DNA of 56,068 nt, counting the filler, from Sphacelaria rigidula (Eukaryota), in assembly GCA_964200075.2 (NCBI GenBank). It is 4 parts of 4 records of this genome, joined end to end, with 100 filler letters (N's around TTAATTAATTAA, not from the genome) between each part and the next. Parts side by side here need not be neighbours in the genome. Positions count along the whole stretch, not along the records: positions 42,128 to 56,068 come from CAXNAA020002567.1; 3 more parts are not named here. The stretch is one strand, 5' to 3'. Position numbers and translations under genes: made by a program. The stretch's first letter is position 1. Each line of letters opens with the position of its first letter. Of this stretch, positions 47,464 to 56,068 are shown piece after piece. Below the pieces are notes generated by a model. That model had not been told where the DNA came from. It made no database searches and saw only the letters and a list, made by a program, of their open reading frames with translations.

Positions 47464-47877
47464 GACAGGAGCACTCGCAGTTTGAAATCATGACCGATGC
47501 GATTTGTTCACACACCAACACATCTCTGTGAATATCGCACACGTTGGACAGCTCATGAGCCACCTGAAACAACTGATCGAAGAGGAATACAATACATCAA
47601 TACTAACAATATCCCTTTGCCAAAAACACAAAATACGTGACAGTAGGGTCCGAGAAGTCAAAGCGACACCTTTGCGCTAGTCCGGATGCCCGGCGTCCAG
47701 CGCTTGAGCGGGCAAAAAAAAACCAAATAACAGGTCAAATGAGCTGCTCACTGATGATCCGTATCGGTACACCAAAAAAAAGTAATACTTAGGTAGCTCG
47801 TGAGCTGTTCGACGTGTGAGATAGTGGGTCACACTGTAGCAAGTAATGCGTCACCCGCATAAGAGACAAGTGCGCAC

Positions 47878-48036
47878 CAGAACCCAATCGCGGCCGTTGA
47901 CCGATCTCCAGACATCATTGAAGTTGCTGCGAGGATCCTGCGTCCCTCCCATGAGGTAGATCGCGCCGTTGTGGACGAGAGCTGTATGCCCGTCCCTCCC
48001 ACTCCAGGTGGCCCTCTCCAACAGTCTAACCCACGC
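47878..48036 (-). CDS. Kelch-repeat protein, exon (partial gene)
   Basis: AG|exon|GT, phase 0/0: AWVRLLERATWSGRDGHTALVHNGAIYLMGGTQDPRSNFNDVWRSVNGRDWVL. Confidence 0.9.
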
Positions 48037-48129
48037 CTGCGTTTGATGCCCGTGCAGAAGAAAAAAAAAAAATGGCAAACATTGTTCACTGAGCCCTGAA
48101 AAATCACGCGAATGGTGGTAGTATAGGGT

Positions 48130-48800
48130 GTATTCATGATCTTGTATGCCTCACTAATGAAGAGCATTGACCTCGCATCCCTACGAAGCCGGAACGGAGC
48201 ACTCCGGGTTTCTGCCGGACCAGGCTCGCAATCAATTCACCTGGCGTGAAGCGCGGTGATGTGTTCGGCGAGTCGCATAAAGGGTGAGCTGCATCCTGCA
48301 ACGATTTTCGGCACAAGGCGTACTTATTATCTTGCATACTGATGACAACCTACAATGAGTTGCTTTATTGCTGGTTTCGCCACTTACACAGACAGCCACG
48401 GCTTAAACACTGTCTTATGGGTGTCTCACGATTTTAACACTATCTAGTACGATCATCCCCTTTGCGCGGAATAAGGTCATTTGATCTCGCATCCCTACAA
48501 TGCCGGGACATAGCACGCCGGGTTTTCGCCGGACCTGGCTCGCAATCACCAAGCCCGAAGCGTAGTGGTGTGCTCCGCGAGTCGCATGAATGGTGAGCTG
48601 TATCCTGCTAAGATTGTTCGGCACGAAGCCTGCTGAGTATCTTGCACATGGATAACAGCCTCCAATGAGTTGCATCATTTTCTGGTATGTCCACTTTCAG
48701 AGACAGCCACGGTTACATACTACCCCATGGATGTCTCACCATACAAACACTACGTGGTACGATCATCCCCCTTGCGCGGAGTTCGGGTCTTCCACCCTGC
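48130..48800 (-). repeat. Dispersed repeat R1 (~330 bp), two tandem copies
   Basis: Copies at ~48130-48470 and ~48475-48800, also 43760-43944 plus 44730-44880, 1-100 and a partial copy at 45631-45678. Confidence 0.8.
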
Positions 48801-49116
48801 ACAATATTATCTAGCTCAACCATCGCCATGGTTACCGCAACAACAAAAAAACACAAGCGAACACAAAAAACGGTTACCTGATTGCCTAGCTTACGCAGTG
48901 AGTGGCGTGTTTGCCAGCGTCGTTGCCAACCGACGCCAACCCTCAGGGGGGTACAGGCGTGTGTACTGGGGGGGGGGGGGGGGGGGGGGGGGATTCCCTT
49001 GTTTTTTGCTTTGGTCGTTTGACCTTTTGCTACGCCTCCCTTAAGGGGGCGGTTTGTTCCGGGGNNNNNNNNNNTGGGGGGGCGGCTGGGCGCGTGCCCG
49101 CCGGCCGGTGGGGTGT

Positions 49117-49165
<49 letters not shown>

Positions 49166-49348
49166 ATTCACTTGTTGCTTGCCTTGGTCGTTTGACCATT
49201 GACTACGCATCACTTGACGGAGCAGTGTGTACCGGGGACATACATCGGGAGAGAGATGGGTAGATCCCCTGAGACCATTAGACCACGGACTCGTCCCGAG
49301 GACGGGGAGGGGATGAAAGCGTGACGAAAAAAGAAAGTGACAGTTTAC

Positions 49349-49481
49349 CAAGGTCCGAACGGCGAGCACGGGTGCGCCCGCAGAACCGTCACCAGTAGCG
49401 GAACAGTCTGCAGTTGACCCTGCGGCACCAGCCGCTGAGGCGGTGTACACTGCTGTCTCGCACATGCTCAGAGAGGTCGAT
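49349..49481 (-). CDS. Probable upstream exon of the Kelch-repeat gene (low-complexity linker)
   Basis: CAG|exon|GTAAAC, phase 2/0, joining in frame to the 48036 exon: STSLSMCETAVYTASAAGAAGSTADCSATGDGSAGAPVLAVRTL. Confidence 0.55.
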
Positions 49482-50878
49482 CTGTGTGGGAGTGTTCGAA
49501 ACATCCCTCACAAATGTTTGGTTTGCTCTATGGTAACGATGTTTGATAATTCATGTTTTCTCACACCCGCAGTCGCAAGCTTCATCTTCTTTTCTCGACA
49601 GGAGCGTGCGAACACAAAATAGAAGCACTCAGCAAAGAGCGGTCGGTGGCGAAGAATTAGAACTCACGCTGTAGGGCCCGCATGGGTCCCTTTGGGCCAT
49701 GTGTCTATTGACTTTGGAGCATTTTCACTTGGTTTTGATATCGCAGTCTGGTACGGTAAGGGTGCTTAGCGGTACCTGCACCGCACGAGTTTGGTGGTTC
49801 ACGGCAAAGTTTTGCACAGCAAGGGTAAGCTACGACACGACATGGTACAAGGCATTCACGGTAAAATGTTCTGCGCGGTAAATATGAGGTATTCGACCTT
49901 GTGCGGTCCCGCGAATCATCATCCACACCTTGGACAAAATATCACATTGTTCAGTGTGTGTGATATCATTCAAGTACCACAAAATTCTACTTCACGGTCG
50001 ACGAGGGAAAGGGATTGCTGAACCCCTCTCACGATAAAAATTAAGGCAAGCACCGCAGAAGGAAGGTAGAGCACAAAAACAAAATGAAAAAGAAACCACT
50101 CCTGTGACAACACACACATACACACACACCGCTATGAACCGCGTTTTCTCTAGCGCGGTGAAAGTACGAAGGACAATCCCGGCGAATTCTCGAGCAACAA
50201 CAACGCATGCAAAAGCACCTCTACTGTCCAGGGTGTAAGCGCATTTCACCCACGCACAAAGGTACTACAAGCACTCATGTCTATCAGAGGGACGACCTTG
50301 AGTACCAATGTCACACCAACAACAAAACTCGTAGTTTTTCGTCCATGCCTATTGCGGATTCCGACAACATCCAGCCGTTCCACATTTGCAGAGTCATCAC
50401 GTCATATTTTCACAAGCAGAATCACCATATACCCACTGCATGTTCACCTGCGGCTTCTCTATCGTACTTCAACAAAGTATAATATGCTCTATACATGGTA
50501 TGTTGCAATGTAGGTGTCGCGACAGACGGGAGATAATATCTACCTGAGGCGTTGCATACCACAGCACATGATGATATGTATCGACCGATATTCATTGCTG
50601 CCATCAACAGATTTTACACATAATCTATCAATAGCGATTGCCGCTATCAATAGATTTGGCACACAAGCTATCAGTGGCCATCGCCGTCATCAATAGACTT
50701 GGTACAGAGTCCATCGATAGCCATTGCCATCATCAATAGAGTTGGAATGCTATCGATCAATACATTCGATCGGCGGCAATAGTTTTCGGTGAAGGGTCAC
50801 AGTGGACTGCTACCCGGGCAATAGTGTGGGAAAGGGATCTGTCGATAGACATTGCCGGCGACAATTGCTAGCGACATA

Positions 50879-51208
50879 CCGCCGCGCCCCCGTGGTGTAA
50901 AGGTCCGACTGTCACCATTAGCGTGGAGAGAACGGGGGTTCCATTCCCGATGCGTTGGGTTTTTTCTTCGTAATGCATGATTTCCACCGTGGAAAGCGTG
51001 AGAACGTGAGTATACAAAATAGTCGACTGGGTTTGTGTGACGTGAGTTGACGTGGTGCGGGAGTGCTGATACGATCCGCGAGGCCAAAATGAAAGGCACG
51101 TACCGGGGGAGAGATGGGTTGATTCCTCGAGACCACGGACTCCTCCCGAGGAAGGGGAGGGGTTCAAAGCGTCAGGAAAAAAGAGAGAAGAAAGAAAGAA
51201 AAGAGAAA
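50879..51208 (+). mobile_element. tRNA-like SINE (family S2), near full length
   Basis: Head GCGCCCCCGTGGTGTAAAGG...GGTTCCATTCCC. The body matches 13640-13870(-). The tail is GACCACGGACTCCTCCCGAGGAAGGGGAGGG followed by an A-rich end. Confidence 0.7.
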
Positions 51209-51679
51209 GTTCTCGATCAATAGCCATTACGGACGACGATATTGGCATCGACTGCGACAGAGTCTGTTGCTATTGCAACAGATGCCGTCTGTTGTCCAGA
51301 GTGATACTGACACATATTAGTAGACGTACGCAGTAGGGAAGGAAGAAAAAATTATGCAACTAGGGGAGGGGGACACGAGCTTTATTGAACATGGGCGCAA
51401 AGGGCTACTTCATGTTCTGCTCTGTCGTGCTGTCGTTGTTATCTTGCTTAATAGCGGTGGAAACGTGGGGGACGCCGTGTACAGGTACAACTGAAAAGCT
51501 GATACAGTCGCGTTGCGGGCAGTGGCTAACTTGGGGTGGTACCACCAACATGGGGAAATTCGGCGCTTAGGTTGTTGGGATTCTTCCTGGTGTTGTGAAC
51601 GGTGAACACAGTGAACTGTGAACACCGCATTAGGGCGTGTCTTCGCACATCATTCTGCGGGAGAAGAGGAAAACTCCGA

Positions 51680-52090
51680 TCTGTAGGTCGTAATTTCCAA
51701 GGTCGTGTTTTGTAAGGTACGGGTACGTTCTGTACGGTATGAGATTCCTTGCAGGACTTACAGAACTGTCGGGTACCGGTATGAAAGTCTTGCAGAGAAT
51801 ACAGGACTTGTCGGGTACGGTATGGGAAGCTTACACAGCAAACCGTCACCGGCAATCGGGTAACTCTTTTAGGGCATACCCGCCCCTCGGGTTAGAGTAA
51901 AGTTTTTGTACCGAACTCACATAAACTGCGGTAGGGTACGGGGGTTGCACAGAAAACCGTACCCGCAACCGGGTATCTAATCAAGAGCATACCCGTGCCC
52001 CCCGGTACCCGTACGGGAGGCTTATATAATTCACAGAAACTATCGGGTACGGGTATGAAGGTCTTACAGAGTTTACAGAACTGTCGGGTT
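51680..52090. repeat. Array of degenerate CGGGTAC(G)GGTATG / ACAGAACTGTCGGGT sub-repeats
   Basis: The motif recurs at ~51715, 51760-51785, 51811, 52043 and 52075, with inverted copies at ~51910 and 51990-52010. Confidence 0.7.
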
Positions 52091-52509
52091 TTCTGCGACT
52101 CAGTATCACGCGCAAACGCAAAAAGTAACTAGGTGGCCTAGCTTGGGTGTGTGGGAAGCGCACGCAAGAAACTGCAGTCCAATCCTCTGCTTCGTTGCCG
52201 AGTTCGAAGCGTTGCGCGATCGGCACTTTTGGGTTGAGGATCAGCCCGTGTTTCATCAGTTTGTTTTCGACTCAAAAACTCACGGTGGAATAAAATATGC
52301 TCGTACCTGATACATCCACGGCATTCATGTTTTCAACCATCTGATAAAATTAGTATCGTGGACGAATCAGAAACGAGCGAATTCGATTCGGCCGCACGTT
52401 TTCGACACGATAACAATTTGATCAAGACACGGTCTCAGAAGCGTATTTCGAGGTCGAACATGGCAAACAATAAAATAAAATAAAAACGGTGCGCATATTT
52501 TCTTTTTGC

Positions 52510-53080
52510 CGCGAGCATGTTGTGACGGCATGCACTTTGGTTGCGTGCTACCAGGCGCTACTTTGTTCTGTGCGGCTGTGCACAAAGGGCAATTTCACCT
52601 TTCAACGACGAGTATCTCTTCAAGTGTTGAATTACAGAGGGAGAGTTCGCAAGAGAGAGACAAAACTGGCGGCTACTTTGTGTCAGGGCTCCAGTGCAGA
52701 AGCCAAGGGCGTCGAGAGCGATTTTAGTATGTGCACTGCCTTACATCTGCTGGCGACTGCGGTCATGTATTTAGTAACTGTCTGTATACACTATTAATAA
52801 TATAATAATGAGATGCCAACAATGCGACGTTCGACAAGCTTCATTTTGGGCTGCGTGTTTGTTTTTCTTGCGGCGAGCAGTGTGTGACGGCATTTCACTT
52901 TGTGGCGTGCCACCAGGTGCTGCTTCGTTCTGTACGGCTGTGCACAATGGGCAAATTCGCCTTTCGACAGCGAGTACCCTTCATGTATTCAGTTGCAGAG
53001 GGCGAGATCACACATGAACCCTGGTTGTTGTGTCTAAGGGTTCCAGCGGAGAAGCCAAGGCGCGAAGAGTGATTCTTATT
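52510..53080 (+). repeat. Diverged ~200-bp repeat, two tandem copies plus a third at ~54295-54490
   Basis: Shared TGTGACGGCAT...GGCTGTGCACAA(A/T)GGGCAA...GAAGCCAAGG. Confidence 0.7.
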
Positions 53081-53081
53081 C

Positions 53082-54161
53082 TAGACTACGAGCTGGGCCA
53101 GCAGTAAATCCCGCATTCGCTTTCCACACCCCAACTTCTCAAGTTTTCCAAAACAGCGCGACTTGAGCATGTCGCTGTCAAGTGCAGACCAACCTGGTGA
53201 GCACACGGCACCGCCGCTGAATAAAGAAAAAAAATGGGAAAATAAATATACTGCATAATATATGACCTTGACGAGGGACGAAAAAAAAGAGAAGAATATG
53301 TCCGGATTCAAACTCATGACCTCTAAAATTGGAGTCTCCTGTATCACTCGAATCAAAGGGGCGCGGCCGTGTTACACGAAAAGTGCGATGCCGCGCCTAA
53401 ATTAAGGTATTTTCGGCCGAAACTTCACCAGAATGTCGTTGACGCGAGTGCCCGTATATGTTGAAGCGTTGTCGTCGTTTTTATCAATTTTGAAGGAAGT
53501 TATAGCATTTTCCCTGTTTTTGCTGAACCTTCAACTCACTCTAACTTCCTGTTTTTGTTTTCGTCTGCACTCCCAATAGGGTTTGCGCGGGTCGGTAATA
53601 AAAATGTCGTGTCAAAATTTCAGCGCCCAAGGCCAACTTCAAGAGGAGTCCTTCAAAAATCCTGTCGAAAACTGCCTTTTGGGCTCTTCTCCGTCGATTT
53701 ACGCCCGACAAGAGGGCTAGGAGGATATTGACGCCTCGGAATGGCTCGCTGTACTCGTTGAGGCCCTCCTGGGGCAACTTTTGCATTTCCCGCTGGCCGC
53801 ACTTTCGTTTTTGGCCAAATGAAGCCAAACACGGATTTTCAGGAAAAATTGGTGAGGTGATCAAAATTTCCCCCTGTTTTTCGTTGAAAATCCGTGTTTC
53901 GCCGAAAATGAAAGTGCGGCCAACGGGAAGTGCAAAGTTGCCCTTGAACGGCCTCGATGAATAGAGTGAGTCACTCCAAAGCGTCAACATCCGCCTAGCC
54001 CTCTCTTCAGGCGTAAAACGACGGAGGAGGGCCAAAAAGGCAAATTTCAAACAGGAATTTTGAACGGCTCCCATCAGAGTCGGTCTAACTCTTCGAATTA
54101 CCAATGGCATAACCACTCTTCGTTAAAAATCATTGTCAGCTGGCCCAGCTCGCACGCACTA
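53082..54161. mobile_element. Non-autonomous TIR element with TAG...CTA termini
   Basis: Left TAGACTACGAGCTGGGCCAGC versus right GCTGGCCCAGCTCGCACGCACTA. The internal part 53180-53630 is homologous to 35080-35520. Confidence 0.55.
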
Positions 54162-54662
54162 TGCATGCCCAGTTCGGCAGAGCCGAGATGTTTCAAGTGA
54201 CTGCCTGTGCATACTGAAAATAATATGTAAATCATGCGATTTGCGCCAACTTCAATCTTCAACCAAATATCATTTTTTGGCACCAATAAATGTCATGACA
54301 TTTGCTTCGGTGGCGGTCCGCCATGTGCTGCTCTGTGCTGTGGGGATGTACACAAAGGACAACCTCACGTGTCATGGGCGAATACCCTTCTATCCCTTCA
54401 GTTGTAGAGGACGACTTCACAGATGAAATACGCCTGTCTTGTGGCAGACGGTTTCGGGGCAGAACCCAAGGCGTCTAGAGCGAATTTTATCTTCGTTGAC
54501 GCACGGGCCATGTATGACCGGGTCGGCAGAGCAGCGATGTTTCACGTGACTTCCTGTTCATACTGCAAAGAATATGTAAGCTATGCGACTTTAGCCAACT
54601 TGCTGTTCAAACGGGACACTACACAGGCGGGAAAAAGCGTCGTCAGTGACTAACCAATTCAC

Positions 54663-55786
54663 CTCGTTTGAGGAGCGCCGCCCCCTCCCATATCACTATC
54701 CGTCCCGTCTCTGCCGGTCTCACGATTGTTTTTTGTCACGTTTGTCCAACTTCGTCCCTTACGAGATTTTGAAATCAGGGGACAACTGACGTTGAAGATG
54801 TTGATCTGGACAGAGTGTACCAGAACGTGCCCAAGCGACTGACAAGATGGGATTCCTTCCACTCATACCATGACCCTGACCCCAGGCTCATGAAAAATTC
54901 ATTCTCCAATCCCGCAGTCACAGCTGTGTGTGGGACATGCAGCGCGCAGCCAACCCGCACAATGTGAACCTCTTGATCGTCAACATCATCAACATCGTTC
55001 CCAGTAATTTTCACATGCGCGACGCTGCTGCTCATGACCTCCATTTTCCGTACTTTCTCGTTCAAGCACCATGTCAGGCACGCATTTCACTGCAGTTACA
55101 TCGGTGTGTGGTGGCCACACCAGCTGCTGTTCGTGTTCTTGTCTCGTGATGTGCGCGATAACGGTAAACGTGGGGTGGCAGCTCGGGGGCGTGTGCTTCC
55201 CGAGTGGTACAGACAGAAGCGGGACACTAGCTAGTGCAACAAGATTGTCCATCTACTGATGTGGAGCTAGCTTTCCGGAGGAACAATATCACCTCAACAC
55301 CGACCACTCCCAGGCTTGAATGAATGTACAAGAAATATAGTTCATTTCATGTCAGCCAGATCGTTATTTGGGCACACTGCATTCGGAGCGGGACAGATCT
55401 GCTTGGTAACTTTACCAATCAGATCGCTCCATTTCGCTTGGGAATCGCCAGGGGAGTACTCAGAAGCCAAGTGTTCGTGCGGTCTATCTCGTAGCGTGTT
55501 TCAGCCCAACACAGTATCATATGTCTAACTGAGATTACGTGTGAACGCTCCCGTGCAAGCGGGACATTTAGACCTACTCTTAAAAGAGTACAAACCCCTT
55601 CAGCTCTACTTCACCCTGTGACATCTTTCATTTTCGAAAGCTTGATGAGATGGTGCAATGTTTTCCCATCACCGTTCACCTTCGACGAGGGCGAGATTCG
55701 ACCTTCGATCCAAGCTGTCAATGCCTGAAAGTATGCGCGTAATAGGCAATACGCGGAGCGCTGATGGTGGATCTGACACTTTCATC
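54663..55786 (-). CDS. Candidate 5' exons of the Kelch-repeat gene (55680-55786, 54970-55052, 54663-54838)
   Basis: GT-AG boundaries give a phase-consistent chain (1, 0, 2) into the 49481 exon, starting MKVSDPPSALRVLPITR. No conserved domain is recognisable and some splice sites are weak. Confidence 0.3.
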
Positions 55787-56068
55787 CTGAAAAACGTAAA
55801 TTTGATCATGAAAAACATGGATGCACAATGGACACAGGAAACACCAGAACGCAAGAAGAGCGTCTCTGATTCCTTTGGGCTAGAGTTTTCTGTGGGTTAT
55901 ATTTCTTGACACCATAGGCGTCTGAATCGTGTAAGCGCGATATGCCTGCGTCATATCAATATGACTTCAATCAACAACAATCAGGGCGTGTCTTACCACC
56001 ATTTTTTTTCGATCGAAAAAGTGCACGGTTAGGACAAATAATGATTCGTCAGGAAATTACTTGGTTTT

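Noticed and set aside
48713-49348. 263-aa proline-rich ORF (48713-49504, minus strand)
   Set aside because: It runs through poly-G tracts, an N gap and SINE/R1 repeats. Only 49349-49481 looks like an exon.
50501-51280. TGTTGCAAT...ATTGCAACA ended element with ATCAATAG sub-repeats around the S2 SINE
   Set aside because: The inverted match is only 9 bp with no TSD. It is plausible but not supportable.
53541-54116. 191-aa ORF as a gene
   Set aside because: No recognisable domain, and it lies inside a non-autonomous repeat.

Overview
This is intron-rich, transposon-laden eukaryotic nuclear DNA, most likely from a brown alga or another photosynthetic stramenopile. That is an inference from gene content, intron style and repeats. 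The window is not one locus. It is four unrelated contigs of nearly equal, descending length (13944, 13942, 13941, 13941 bp) joined by artificial N44-TTAATTAATTAA-N44 linkers. Contig 1 (1-13944) has two internal exons of eIF2B-epsilon among nested LINE, SINE and MITE debris. Contig 2 (14045-27986) has a TMEM205/DUF4149 gene (+), a complete 14-exon SLY1/SCFD1 gene (-, 668 aa, probable GC-AG intron) and a partial DUF3067 gene (+). Contig 3 (28087-42027) has no recognisable host gene. It carries a 628-codon ORF with a PIN/XPG-FEN1/XRN-type nuclease plus a Cys-rich CXC-like module (AcademX-transposon-like), two TGT...ACA mini-transposons containing TTAGGG repeats, several MITEs and a decayed RTE LINE. 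Contig 4 (42128-56068) has exons of a Kelch-repeat gene (-) whose introns are full of MITEs, foldbacks and SINEs. The best leads are the Academ-like nuclease ORF, the telomere-repeat mini-element with a 4-bp TSD, and the SINE/LINE shared 3' tails. All calls come from reading the sequence by eye; no searches were run.
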